62,399 bases of DNA from an uncultured Thermoproteaceae archaeon (GCA_964575955.1 CAZNTG010000011.1:1-62399); one strand, 5' to 3'. Positions 20,597 to 30,801 are shown, counted from the first letter of the stretch. The notes: generated by a model from the letters alone, not told the origin. A program made the numbers and translations.

Positions 20597-21331
20597 GTGT
20601 CTCCATGTACAAAGTTGATACTGTACCTTACAGCTACATATCCTAATGTTGATACTTTCTTAACGATGTTAGAGACTTGTAGTAGTGTTGTTGATATGTT
20701 TGAGATTGGTGTTCCAACAGAAAATCCGAAATATGATGGTCCAACAGTTAGGATGACTCATAGAGAAGCACAGATACGTGGTGTTGATGCTTTAAAAGTT
20801 GTTAAAGGTAGAATTTCGAAAGATTTTGTAGTTATGGCATATTTTGAAGATTATCTAAATAATCTTGATAAATTCTTTGAAACTTCTTCTGAGATTGGTG
20901 CAAAATCAATACTATTTCCTGATCTACTATTTGACTATTACGATATGGTTAATCTATACTATAGAAAATGTCTAGATTATGGTTTAAAACCATGCTTCTT
21001 CATATCTAGTAAATTTCCATATAGAGAAGTTGAGAGATTGTTAAAGTACGAACCATACTTCATATATCTAGGATTACAGGCATGTAGTGGTATTAGATTA
21101 CCAATATTTATAGAACGTAATGTGAAGATTTATAAATCGATAATTGATAATAACTGTCCACTTATTGTAGGTTTCGCAATTAGAAGACCTGAAGATGTTG
21201 AACTTTTAATAAAACTTAATGTTGATGGTATTGTTATTGGTTCAGCATTTATTAAAGAATTTATAACATGTGGTTTAGAGTGTGGTTTAAAACTTCTTGA
21301 AAGTTTGAGAAAGGTTATAATGGGGTGTTAG
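20597..21331 (+). CDS. trpA: Tryptophan synthase alpha subunit
   Basis: FEIGVP..NPKYDGP, FPDL, VGFAI, DGIVIGSA. Confidence 0.88.
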   Translation: MSPCTKLILYLTATYPNVDTFLTMLETCSSVVDMFEIGVPTENPKYDGPTVRMTHREAQIRGVDALKVVKGRISKDFVVMAYFEDYLNNLDKFFETSSEIGAKSILFPDLLFDYYDMVNLYYRKCLDYGLKPCFFISSKFPYREVERLLKYEPYFIYLGLQACSGIRLPIFIERNVKIYKSIIDNNCPLIVGFAIRRPEDVELLIKLNVDGIVIGSAFIKEFITCGLECGLKLLESLRKVIMGC

Positions 21332-21332
21332 T

Positions 21333-22589
21333 ATGGTATCTGTACCACACTACTGGTATAACATAGCTGCTGATCTTCCAATACCACTACCACCTGTTAG
21401 AGATCCTTATGAAGGTCCTTCACGTATTGAACTTCTAACTAAGATATTACCATCAACACTTATAGATCAGGAGTTTAGTGGTGAGAGATGGATTAGAATT
21501 CCTGATGAGATTCGTAGTGTCTATGAGAGGATTGGTAGACCAACACCATTTAGACGTGCTGAAAATCTTGAACGTTATCTAGGTACTAAAGCTAGAATAT
21601 ACTACAAGTTTGAAGGTGTGCTTCCAAGTGGTAGTCATAAGCTAAATACAGCAATAGCACAGGCATACTATGCACGTCAGGATGGTGCTAAAGAAGTTGT
21701 TACAGAGACTAGTGCTGGTCAGTGGGGTCTTGCTGTGTCTATAGCTGCAGCACTTCTAGGTATGAAAGCTATAATATTTATGACACGTGCAAGCTACATA
21801 TCAAAACCACAGAGAAGAATATTAATGCAGGTATTAGGTGCTGATGTATATCCAAGTCCAAGCAATTTAACAGAATTTGGCAAGAAACTTCTTGAGAAAG
21901 ATCCTAACCATCCTGGTAGTCTTGGAATAGCTATTAGTGAATCTGTAGAATATGTACTTCAAAAACCAGAAGAGAGGAAGTACCTACCTGGAAGTGTTAT
22001 GGAGTTCGTACTTATACATCAGACAGTTATTGGATTAGAAGTACTTGAACAACTACCTGAAGAACCTGATTACATGATTGCATGTGTTGGTGGTGGTTCA
22101 AATTTTGGAGGTTTTACATATCCTATAATTGGTATGAAGCTTAGAGAAGAAGGTTTTGAGAAGACTAGATTTATAGCTGTAGAGTCTAAGGCAGCACCAA
22201 AGTTGACATGTGGAAAATACATGTATGATCATCCAGACACATCAGGAATATTACCAATGATTAAGATGTATACTCTAGGTAAAGATTATGTACCACCACC
22301 AATACATGCAGCAGGACTTAGATATCATGGAGCAGCTCCAAGTCTTTCAATCCTTGTAAAGCTTGGAATTGTAGAAGCAGTAGCATACGAACAGGAAGAG
22401 GTTATGAAAGCTGCTCAAATATTTGCAAAGACTGAAGGTATAATACCTGCACCAGAGTCAGCACATGCTATAAAGGCAGTTATAGATATTGCAAAAAAGG
22501 CAAGTCCAGGAACTGTAATCGTATTCAATCTTAGTGGTCATGGATTACTAGATACAGATGCATACAGTAAAGTATTGGGAATATCTTAA
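21333..22589 (+). CDS. trpB: Tryptophan synthase beta subunit, TrpB2 type
   Basis: GSHKLN (PLP Lys), TETSAGQWG, CVGGGSN, PAPESAHA, NLSGHG. Confidence 0.93.
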   Translation: MVSVPHYWYNIAADLPIPLPPVRDPYEGPSRIELLTKILPSTLIDQEFSGERWIRIPDEIRSVYERIGRPTPFRRAENLERYLGTKARIYYKFEGVLPSGSHKLNTAIAQAYYARQDGAKEVVTETSAGQWGLAVSIAAALLGMKAIIFMTRASYISKPQRRILMQVLGADVYPSPSNLTEFGKKLLEKDPNHPGSLGIAISESVEYVLQKPEERKYLPGSVMEFVLIHQTVIGLEVLEQLPEEPDYMIACVGGGSNFGGFTYPIIGMKLREEGFEKTRFIAVESKAAPKLTCGKYMYDHPDTSGILPMIKMYTLGKDYVPPPIHAAGLRYHGAAPSLSILVKLGIVEAVAYEQEEVMKAAQIFAKTEGIIPAPESAHAIKAVIDIAKKASPGTVIVFNLSGHGLLDTDAYSKVLGIS

Positions 22590-22624
22590 CAATACTTAAC
22601 TAATAGTCAATCATTCGAATATCT

Positions 22625-23350
22625 ATGAAACTAATAGTAGTTGTTGATAATGAGGGAGGTCCTGGCCTAATACCTGAATGGGGTCTATCAATATATATAG
22701 ATTTTGGAGATAGAGCAATAATATTCGACACTGGAGCTAGTGAGGAGGTGTTTAAGTATAATTTTGAGAATTTAAAACTAAGTATGGATAAGGTAGTAGC
22801 ATGTGTAATATCTCATGAACATGGAGATCATACAGGAGGTTTAGGTGCTGTAGTTGAGTATTGTAATAGAATTCCAATATACCTACCATACCCATCAAGA
22901 CTTTCATATGAAATATCAAGAATATGTCAAGTAAATACTAATAAGAATATTACAAAAATTTTAGATAATGTAATATTAGTAAATTTCTCAAACTCTCTAA
23001 TACCTGAGCAATGTCTTGTAATTGATATAGGTAGAGGTGTTGTAATGATTACAGGATGTTCGCATCCAGGAATTGAACATATGGTTAGACATGTTATGGG
23101 ATTATTTAAGAAAGATATTCTACTACTCATAGGTGGTTTCCACCTATTTAACCTACCTATTAGCGATGTTAGACATATGGCAGATAAGTTCTGTAGAATG
23201 CATGGTCTATTGAAGATATGTCCACTACATTGCACTGGTAGAAATTTTGCAAATTTTGTTCGTGAACTATGTCCTGAAAGGTACATTCCCGGACATGCTG
23301 GAACTATGATAGAAATATCTGAAGATGGGTCTATAAGTTACATATCTTGA
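22625..23350 (+). CDS. Metallo-beta-lactamase fold hydrolase
   Basis: FDTG, SHEHGDHTGG, GCSHPG, GGFH, HCTG. Confidence 0.85.
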   Translation: MKLIVVVDNEGGPGLIPEWGLSIYIDFGDRAIIFDTGASEEVFKYNFENLKLSMDKVVACVISHEHGDHTGGLGAVVEYCNRIPIYLPYPSRLSYEISRICQVNTNKNITKILDNVILVNFSNSLIPEQCLVIDIGRGVVMITGCSHPGIEHMVRHVMGLFKKDILLLIGGFHLFNLPISDVRHMADKFCRMHGLLKICPLHCTGRNFANFVRELCPERYIPGHAGTMIEISEDGSISYIS

Positions 23351-23435
23351 ATTAGAGAAACATATTTAAAACATTTCTAAACTTTCTAGCTGGGATCTAC
23401 ATGGAATAAAGAGTGGTACGTATGAGATAAAGTCG

Positions 23436-24554
23436 TTGAATGAGCTTAGGATAATAATATCAACGTTAAGGAAATATCGTGGATATGCAACAACACTAAT
23501 TAGTCTATACATAAACGCTAACAGACCAATGCCTGATGTTGTAAACATGCTTAGACAAGAGTGGGCTATTGCTGGTAATATAAAAGATAAGACTACTAGA
23601 ACACACGTTCAAAGTGCTCTTGAGAGAATTATAAATCAGCTTAAAGGTATGAATAAAGCTCCACAGAATGGTTTAGCAATATTTGCAGGTTTTCATATGA
23701 AGAGTCCAGGTATGTATGATTGGGTTATGTACATGATAATACCTCCAAGACCAATAAACACATTTAAGTACATATGTGATCAAGTATTTCATACAGAGAT
23801 CTTAGAACAGATGTTAAATGTGGGCTCTGCATATGGAATAATAGTTATCGAGCGTGGAGAAGCTATAATAGCAATACTTAGAGGAAACTATTGGGAAGTT
23901 GCTAAACATGTAGAATTTTACGTACCAGGAAAACACCACGCAGGTGGACAATCATCTGTCAGATTTAAGAGACAGATAGAACATCTAGCAGACGTATTCT
24001 ACAAGATGGTTTCTGAAGAAGCTAACAGGATACTACTAAACATACCAGATCTAAAAGGTATAATTGTTGCAGGTCCTGGACCTACAAAAGAAGATTTCCT
24101 AAAAGCAGACTATCTAGACTATAGATTAAAGCAGAAGGTTATAGCTGTTGTAGATGCATGTTGTGCAAATGAGTATGGAGTTATTGAAGCTATAAAGAGA
24201 GCATGGAAGCATATTAGAGATAACGAATATGTAAGATCTAAAAAACTCATGGAATTGGTAACATACTACGCAATTAAGAAACCTGACATGATAGTTTATG
24301 GAAAAGAGAAAGTTTGGGATGCTATAAATGCAGGTATAGCACAGACAGTCATAGTTAGTGAAGGTGTTGGTGAAGATGAGATAATGCAACTAATGATTGA
24401 ATGTGATAGAAGAAGTATAAAGCTTGAAGTAATACCAACATCAGTTGAAGAAAGTAAGATGCTTGAAGGAACATTTGGAGGATATGTAGCAATACTTAGA
24501 GCACCATCCTACCTAATAGAACAAGAAATGGAACAGCTAGACTTTGGATACTAA
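23436..24554 (+). CDS. prf1: Peptide chain release factor aRF1 (true start uncertain)
   Basis: NIKD (NIKS variant), YICD, GKHHAGGQS, GPG..K, FGG. Confidence 0.95.
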   Translation: MNELRIIISTLRKYRGYATTLISLYINANRPMPDVVNMLRQEWAIAGNIKDKTTRTHVQSALERIINQLKGMNKAPQNGLAIFAGFHMKSPGMYDWVMYMIIPPRPINTFKYICDQVFHTEILEQMLNVGSAYGIIVIERGEAIIAILRGNYWEVAKHVEFYVPGKHHAGGQSSVRFKRQIEHLADVFYKMVSEEANRILLNIPDLKGIIVAGPGPTKEDFLKADYLDYRLKQKVIAVVDACCANEYGVIEAIKRAWKHIRDNEYVRSKKLMELVTYYAIKKPDMIVYGKEKVWDAINAGIAQTVIVSEGVGEDEIMQLMIECDRRSIKLEVIPTSVEESKMLEGTFGGYVAILRAPSYLIEQEMEQLDFGY

Positions 24555-25476
24555 AATAACAAATAGTTAATATGGCAAGGAAGTATAGAATTAGACCTCT
24601 AATACACACATAATAACAACGTTCACAATCTTCAATACTTGGTAGATTACCCTCACCAACACTATATTCAGAAATTTTTTCAAGTCTAACATTGAGAACT
24701 GAAGAAATTGCAGAGAAAACTAACCTAGCATTAATACTAGAAACATTAGAATTTCTAAAATACTTAACAAATCTTCTAAATGTATCTAAACTAAAATTAG
24801 AAATTACGAGACATATTGATAACAATACTGAACCTGGAATATTTAGAATAGTATCAACAATTGCAGAAAATTTACCAATCTCTCTATAAGGTTCATATCT
24901 ATAACCAACTAGAGAATCTAGAGTATTTGCAATTCTCTGAAGATAAGAACCAACAGGACCTAAAATAACATACCAAAATACTGTACTTGAAAATCCATCT
25001 ACAAGAGATTCAACAAACGTCTCAATTAATGCAGAATTTACATGATAATCATCTAGTGAAAATACATCTCTTCTAACAATCTCCTGAAGCAGAACTCTAG
25101 CAACTCCCCTCTCACCACATCTTAATCTTCTCAATATTTCTCTATAATACCAAAATAGCAATCTTAAACTAATAGTATACTTATTAAAACATATTAGCAC
25201 TACTATACATAAAAATCTTACAATAGTAATATCGTAGTATCTTACAAATATTATGAGAGGAATTATACAGTATATAGATATTAACAATATCTCAACAAAT
25301 ATCCACAACAATACACCATTAATGAAATTTTTCTTCATCCTACTTAATAATTTAGAACCTACTATCCAACATATTCTAACAGGATGTATTGGACATACTT
25401 TATCTCTAACTTCACCATCTATAATATCTAGTAGTAGTGTTCCTAATAGAATTACTATCAAATCTATACTATACAT
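24496..25476 (-). CDS. cbiB: Cobalamin biosynthesis protein CbiB/CobD (adenosylcobinamide-phosphate synthase)
   Basis: HPV, IVRRDV, ESLVDG, NTLDSLVGY; membrane segments. Confidence 0.85.
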   Translation of the reverse strand: MYSIDLIVILLGTLLLDIIDGEVRDKVCPIHPVRICWIVGSKLLSRMKKNFINGVLLWIFVEILLISIYCIIPLIIFVRYYDITIVRFLCIVVLICFNKYTISLRLLFWYYREILRRLRCGERGVARVLLQEIVRRDVFSLDDYHVNSALIETFVESLVDGFSSTVFWYVILGPVGSYLQRIANTLDSLVGYRYEPYREIGKFSAIVDTILNIPGSVLLSICLVISNFSLDTFRRFVKYFRNSNVSSINARLVFSAISSVLNVRLEKISEYSVGEGNLPSIEDCERCYYVCIRGLILYFLAILTICYFSIQSLAVPFLVLLGRMVL

Positions 25477-26225
25477 GATAATACTAGAAGAGATATATGT
25501 CTACCAATTTCTATAGAATATCCAAGAACATCACCACTAATTCCACCTAGGGCTTTTATAGGAATTGATATCAATATTAGTGTTATTACTGTCGTTGACG
25601 TGAGGTATATTGTTGCTTTTATCGGTCCTAAAAGGAGAATTGATAATAGAGTATTCACAGATATAGGTATTAGAATTAGCTGTCTGTACCTTCTAACACC
25701 TTTATATACAATGCTTCCTAATCCTTCATGGATAGGTCTACCCATTCTTGCACATATACTACAGCTAAGTCTAGAGTAGTATTCTGATAATAATATCTTA
25801 GTAATAATTTCGATAAGATTTCTAGAAATTATCATAGATATTAGACCTAGAGATAATATTATGAATAGTGCAGATGCACCTACAGCTCCAATTCTAGGAT
25901 CTTTCAATACTTCAAATCTTCTCTCTCTTGGTGCAAATAGAGCATCAACAACATCTGTCAAACCGTCAATATGTAACATACCTGTCAAAACTAGCATAAT
26001 ACTGTACGACAATGTCGATACTATGTACATGTTTAGAGATATGTTAAGTAGGTATAGTATGAGTATAGGTAAGCAACAAATAGCACATATGATAGGACTT
26101 ACAGTCAAAACTACAAGATCAACATATTTTAAAATATCGTAAATACTCTTTCTAGAACTACATGGTATTATTGTAAAGAAAGATATATGACCTTTCCAAA
26201 TCTCTAAAATATCACTTAAACTCAT
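25464..26225 (-). CDS. cobS: Adenosylcobinamide-GDP ribazoletransferase (cobalamin synthase)
   Basis: FFTIIP, TGMLHIDGLTD..D, KDPRIGAVG, GGISGDVLG. Confidence 0.9.
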   Translation of the reverse strand: MSLSDILEIWKGHISFFTIIPCSSRKSIYDILKYVDLVVLTVSPIICAICCLPILILYLLNISLNMYIVSTLSYSIMLVLTGMLHIDGLTDVVDALFAPRERRFEVLKDPRIGAVGASALFIILSLGLISMIISRNLIEIITKILLSEYYSRLSCSICARMGRPIHEGLGSIVYKGVRRYRQLILIPISVNTLLSILLLGPIKATIYLTSTTVITLILISIPIKALGGISGDVLGYSIEIGRHISLLVLSCIV

Positions 26226-26231
26226 ACTATA

Positions 26232-27296
26232 CTACTTATTGAATATACTCTCTAGAACATCTATGAGAATATCATTTTCATCTCTAGACCTTAGAGATAT
26301 TCTAAATAGATAATCTCCACTACTTAATATGCAGTACTTCCTTATTTTAATACAATATTCTTCAAGAACCTTAGCTAAATCTAGCTTAGCCTCTATGGGA
26401 ATTATATGTATGTCAGATCTATATACTTTCAAAAAGTTTGAAAGTATTCTAAATAATCTATCACTCTCACTAACCACATATTGCCTAGTTTTAATTATAA
26501 AATCTCTATAATACTTCCTAAATTCTACCAACTTCTCAAGAATAAATTCCTCTAATGTTGATAATGGCCAATCAGAATTTAGGAAGTACTTTACAATTTT
26601 TCCTGCTATATATCCTAATCTTAATCCTGGTAATCCTAATATTTTTGATAATGATTTTACTATTATAACATTATCATAATTTAGCAATTTCTTTACATTA
26701 TCCATATCTGTTTTAAAATCTATAAATGTCAAATCTATAAGAAATATATTACTTCTATGCGATTTTTCTATGATATTTACTACATTTTCGATATCTATAT
26801 ATGTTCCTGTTGGGTTGTTAGGATTTACTATAACTATTAAGCTATTTTTCTCATTTTCGATATTTGATAAATCTGGAACTATTCTCAAATTATCTACATA
26901 GCTCTTATAGAATTTTAATTCTATACCTAGGTTTTTTGCAAATTTTATATAGTCTATGTATGTGAGATTTTGTATACATACTCTACTGGGTCTTAGATGT
27001 AGATATGTTAAGATTATTCCATATGATGCACCTGGTGTTGGCTGTATTAGTTCATAGTCTAGTTTTTCTAATGTTGATATGTTTTGTATTATGTTTTCTA
27101 TATCTGCAAATTTTTCTATATCTCTAATTGTGAATTCTGTTTCTATTATTGATTTTAGAAATTTTGGTGCTCCTAGTGGATTTATGTTTGATGAGAAGTC
27201 TAGTTCTCTCTTTCTTCTAATTGTTCCTCCATGTTTTTCCATGTATTCTTTTACATCTATATATTCTACATTCCTCTTAGTATATTCAGTATTCAC
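26232..27296 (-). CDS. PLP-dependent class I/II aminotransferase, likely threonine-phosphate decarboxylase
   Basis: HGG, DFSSNINPLG, NPNNPTG, KSLSKILGLPGLRLGY; cob gene context. Confidence 0.78.
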   Translation of the reverse strand: MNTEYTKRNVEYIDVKEYMEKHGGTIRRKRELDFSSNINPLGAPKFLKSIIETEFTIRDIEKFADIENIIQNISTLEKLDYELIQPTPGASYGIILTYLHLRPSRVCIQNLTYIDYIKFAKNLGIELKFYKSYVDNLRIVPDLSNIENEKNSLIVIVNPNNPTGTYIDIENVVNIIEKSHRSNIFLIDLTFIDFKTDMDNVKKLLNYDNVIIVKSLSKILGLPGLRLGYIAGKIVKYFLNSDWPLSTLEEFILEKLVEFRKYYRDFIIKTRQYVVSESDRLFRILSNFLKVYRSDIHIIPIEAKLDLAKVLEEYCIKIRKYCILSSGDYLFRISLRSRDENDILIDVLESIFNK

Positions 27297-27380
27297 CGTT
27301 TCAAGTTAAAACCTTTCTATGCAGTTTTTAAGCTAGACCACAAGATTTAATAGTATCATCAGATACCTAATAGTTCAGGT

Positions 27381-28547
27381 ATGAAGGTTACTATATCGAT
27401 AATAAAGGCAGACATTGGTGGCTGCCCTGGTCATGCATGGGCACATCCAAAAGCTCTTGAGTTTGCTGCTGAGAGACTTGCTGAAGCTCAGAAGAGTGGT
27501 CTAATAATTGATTACTACGTATTTTCCTGTGGTGATGATATGTCACTATTGATGACTCATACAAAGGGTGAGAATAATCCTGAGATACATAAGCTTGCTT
27601 GGGACATATTTAAAGAAGCTACAGAGAACATTGCAAAGAAGTTGAAACTGTACGGTGCTGGTCAAGATCTTCTGAAAGAGACGTTTAGTGGTAATGTTAG
27701 AGGTATGGGTCCACAAGTAGCTGAGATGGAGATTGAAGAAAGACCAAGTGAGCCTATTGTTGTCATTGCTGCAGATAAGACTGAGCCAGGAGCCTTCAAT
27801 CTACCACTATTTAAGATGTTTGCAGATCCATTCACAACAGCTGGACTTGTAATAGATCCAGCAATGCACACAGGATTTAAGTTTGAGATTATCGATGTGT
27901 ACGAAGGTAGAGTGTACGTACTTGACAGTCCAGAGAGAATGTACGACATTCTAGCACTAATTGGAACACCTGGAAGATATATAATTAGGAGAGTATACAG
28001 GAAGGAAGATCTACTACCAGCCTCAGTAATAAGTGTTGAGAGACTTAACTTAATAGCTGGAAAATATGTTGGTAAAGATGATCCTGTTGGAATAATTAGA
28101 GCTCAACATGGACTACCAGCGGTTGGTGAGATCTTAGAAGCATTTGCATATCCACACATGGTTAGTGGATGGATGAGAGGAAGTCATAGTGGACCACTAA
28201 TGCCAGCAAAGATGACAGCAATAATACCTGAGAAGAAGATTGCATTAGGACCAAAAATGACAAGATTTGACGGTCCTCCAAAAGTTATTGCACTAGGATT
28301 CCAACTACATGACGGATATCTAGAAGGACCAGTAGACCTATTTGATGATCCAGCATTTGACTATGTAAGATTAATTGCAAGCTTCGTAGCTGACTACATA
28401 AGAAAGATGGGACCGATAATGCCACACAGATTACCACCAGAGGAGATGGAATATACAACACTACCAAAAGTACTTGCAGCATTGAAATATATACCACTTG
28501 AAGAATATGAGAAAGATAGATACAAATACTTAAAAGAACACTCATAA
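27381..28547 (+). CDS. fbp: Bifunctional fructose-1,6-bisphosphate aldolase/phosphatase (class V FBPase)
   Basis: IKADIG, GDD, YGAGQDLL, ADKTEPGAFN, YVGKDDP, GWMRGSH. Confidence 0.96.
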   Translation: MKVTISIIKADIGGCPGHAWAHPKALEFAAERLAEAQKSGLIIDYYVFSCGDDMSLLMTHTKGENNPEIHKLAWDIFKEATENIAKKLKLYGAGQDLLKETFSGNVRGMGPQVAEMEIEERPSEPIVVIAADKTEPGAFNLPLFKMFADPFTTAGLVIDPAMHTGFKFEIIDVYEGRVYVLDSPERMYDILALIGTPGRYIIRRVYRKEDLLPASVISVERLNLIAGKYVGKDDPVGIIRAQHGLPAVGEILEAFAYPHMVSGWMRGSHSGPLMPAKMTAIIPEKKIALGPKMTRFDGPPKVIALGFQLHDGYLEGPVDLFDDPAFDYVRLIASFVADYIRKMGPIMPHRLPPEEMEYTTLPKVLAALKYIPLEEYEKDRYKYLKEHS

Positions 28548-28607
28548 GTTAAGTATATAGATACTAAATTTGAAAACTTTTTGAAAAATCTCTAACTTTC
28601 TTCTACT

Positions 28608-28664
28608 TAACATGATGAGGGAGGTGATCTCAGATTAGTGAAGAGGATAGCAGAAGCTGATCTT
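28608..28664 (+). ncRNA. Box C/D guide sRNA (D' guide complementary to the 16S 3' tail)
   Basis: C ATGATGA 28612-18, guide GGGAGGTGATCT, D' CAGA 28631-34, C' GTGAAGA 28638-44, guide GGATAGCAGAAG, D CTGA 28657-60. Confidence 0.85.
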
Positions 28665-28701
28665 AGTAAAGTTTAAATTTGAAGAATCTTCACTACGCCT
28701 C

Positions 28702-30000
28702 ATGTCTAAAAGTACTACTCTGGACTTTACTAGTTGGACTTCTGAACAGTGGAGATTATTCATAATAACATCTATAAGTTTTCTTATTGATGGTCTCATA
28801 TTCTCTATATCCCCATTAATAATATATTCTATAAATACTCTAGTTAAATATGCAACATACATATTGGGAATTAATATGATCTTCTGGACTCTAGGCTCCA
28901 TACTTCTAGGTAGACTTGGAGATATTATTGGTAGAAAATTGACATTTCTAATAGTATTAATACTAGAATTCTTATCAATAGGCTTACTATACATATTCTA
29001 TACTAATGTAATACTATTTACATTTCTAACATCATTAGCATGTTTTTCAATAGGTGGTGAATTTGGAGCTGCATTTTCTGCAATTGCAGAATTGACTCCC
29101 CCTGATCATAGAGGTAAAGCTATACTTTTAGCAAGTAATTTCTGGAATTTAGGAGCTGTAATTATATCTTCACTATCACTCTTATACAAATACTTTATCA
29201 ATCCTATACTCCAAATTAAGTATCTACTAGCATCAACATTAGTAATAGTCGTATTGACAGGATTTGCAAGAATAGGATTTCCTGAATCTATTAGATGGCT
29301 AGTTATTAAGGGTAGAATTGACGATGTTAAGAGAATCTTATTGAAATATAATATTAAGCTTGATGATAATGTATTAAATGAGTATAAGGTTAAGCATAAT
29401 GTATCTATAGGTAAAATATTTTCAAAATATAGCTATAGAATAGCTATACTACTCATATTGACTATAGCTGTATATGTGACATATTTCATACCAACATTTT
29501 ACCTACCATACACTCCAGATTTTCCATTTAGTTATAACACTATCCCACTTATAATATTAATATCAAATTTAGGATCGTTTATTGGAGCTTTTCTACTAAT
29601 ACCTATAATTGATAGAGGTAGAAGAATTTCAACATTCATATCTCTACTAGGAGGCTTTATTACAGCATTGATAATGATATTTTCAATAGTGTTTAAGAAT
29701 ATTTACATATTTCTCATAACACTATTTTGGAATATGGTATTCTCTCAATGGAGTTGGTCTTGTATTAGTGCACTTCAGAGTGAGCTATTTCCAACAGGTG
29801 TAAGATCTACAATTATAGGATTTTTTGTAAGTTTTGAAGGAATTCTAACAGCAATATTAACATTTCTTGAAGCATTTTTAACAGCTAGCATATGTATGAC
29901 TATAATAGCATTACTCTGGCTTGCTGGTCTTATAGCATCTCTATCATGGCTTATTAGAGGAGTTGAAAGTGCTAGAATCTCTGTAGATCTACTAGTCTAA
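28702..30000 (+). CDS. MFS transporter
   Basis: GRLGDIIGRK motif A, GGEFG, PESIRW, ELFPTGVR; about 12 TM segments. Confidence 0.9.
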   Translation: MSKSTTLDFTSWTSEQWRLFIITSISFLIDGLIFSISPLIIYSINTLVKYATYILGINMIFWTLGSILLGRLGDIIGRKLTFLIVLILEFLSIGLLYIFYTNVILFTFLTSLACFSIGGEFGAAFSAIAELTPPDHRGKAILLASNFWNLGAVIISSLSLLYKYFINPILQIKYLLASTLVIVVLTGFARIGFPESIRWLVIKGRIDDVKRILLKYNIKLDDNVLNEYKVKHNVSIGKIFSKYSYRIAILLILTIAVYVTYFIPTFYLPYTPDFPFSYNTIPLIILISNLGSFIGAFLLIPIIDRGRRISTFISLLGGFITALIMIFSIVFKNIYIFLITLFWNMVFSQWSWSCISALQSELFPTGVRSTIIGFFVSFEGILTAILTFLEAFLTASICMTIIALLWLAGLIASLSWLIRGVESARISVDLLV

Positions 30001-30051
30001 CACTTCATAGCAACTCTTTTAAATCCCAACATCTACTACTTGTTGAGTATC

Positions 30052-30501
30052 ATGTCATCAACCGGATTTAAACCAATAGTTAGAATAGGAGATACGGACT
30101 TAGATGGATATAAGGCAGTAGCATATGCATTAACGAAGATAAAGGGTATAGGTATATCTACAGCATTTGCAATATGTAGATACCTCGGAATTGACCCATT
30201 AACAAAACTTGGAGAACTTCCTGAAGATGTAATTAAAAGACTTGACTGGGCTGTCAGAAATCTACACCAATTTGCACCTGGATGGTTTGTAAATAGACCA
30301 AAAGATCCAGAAACAGGAAAAAATATACATCTAATAGGTGCAGACCTAATACTCGCAGCTAAGAAAGATATAGACTTAATGAAGAAGATTGGATGTTGGA
30401 AAGGTATTAGACATAAACTTGGACTTAAAGTTAGAGGACAGAGAACAGTCACAACAGGAAGACTTGGACTTACAGTTGGAGTTTCAAAAGGTAAGAAGTA
30501 G
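30052..30501 (+). CDS. rps13: 30S ribosomal protein uS13
   Basis: VRIGDTDLDG, IKGIG, RHKLGLKVRGQRT..TGR; ATG 30052 preferred over TTG 30040. Confidence 0.95.
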   Translation: MSSTGFKPIVRIGDTDLDGYKAVAYALTKIKGIGISTAFAICRYLGIDPLTKLGELPEDVIKRLDWAVRNLHQFAPGWFVNRPKDPETGKNIHLIGADLILAAKKDIDLMKKIGCWKGIRHKLGLKVRGQRTVTTGRLGLTVGVSKGKK

Positions 30502-30503
30502 AA

Positions 30504-30800
30504 CTATCTTAAACAGCTACACAATACTATAAGTAGAACTATCATAACGATTAAAACAATCAATATAAAATATGACAGTAGAAATCCAGAATTCCAATAT
30601 CTCTCAACTATACCAAACTTACAGTAGGAAAATCTTCCTGTCGTATTTATAGGAGATGTCATGTTTGTAAAACTCTTATTAACTCTATGAAACATATCTA
30701 TAAACTTACCTACGCAGTATTTCAATATTGGTATTATTGATATACATATAGATATTAGGAGAATGCACATTAATATATCTGAAAATTCTATACCATCCAT
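30504..30800 (-). CDS. Small two-TM membrane protein
   Basis: 98 aa from ATG 30800, two hydrophobic segments; starts 1 nt after the upstream microprotein stop. Confidence 0.55.
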   Translation of the reverse strand: MDGIEFSDILMCILLISICISIIPILKYCVGKFIDMFHRVNKSFTNMTSPINTTGRFSYCKFGIVERYWNSGFLLSYFILIVLIVMIVLLIVLCSCLR

Positions 30801-30801
30801 A

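Noticed and set aside
23574-23588. NIKD instead of NIKS in aRF1 as a sign of stop-codon reassignment
   Set aside because: TAA, TAG and TGA all end conserved genes at the expected positions here, and I recall NIKD from other Thermoproteales
24496-24554. 59-nt convergent overlap of prf1 and cbiB as a regulatory device
   Set aside because: Convergent 3' overlaps are frequent in this compact window; nothing specific supports regulation
28619-28630. GGAGGTGA as ribosome binding site for the MFS gene
   Set aside because: More than 70 nt from ATG 28702 and bracketed by C and D' boxes; better explained as an sRNA guide
30036-30452. 138-aa minus ORF
   Set aside because: Shadow of rps13
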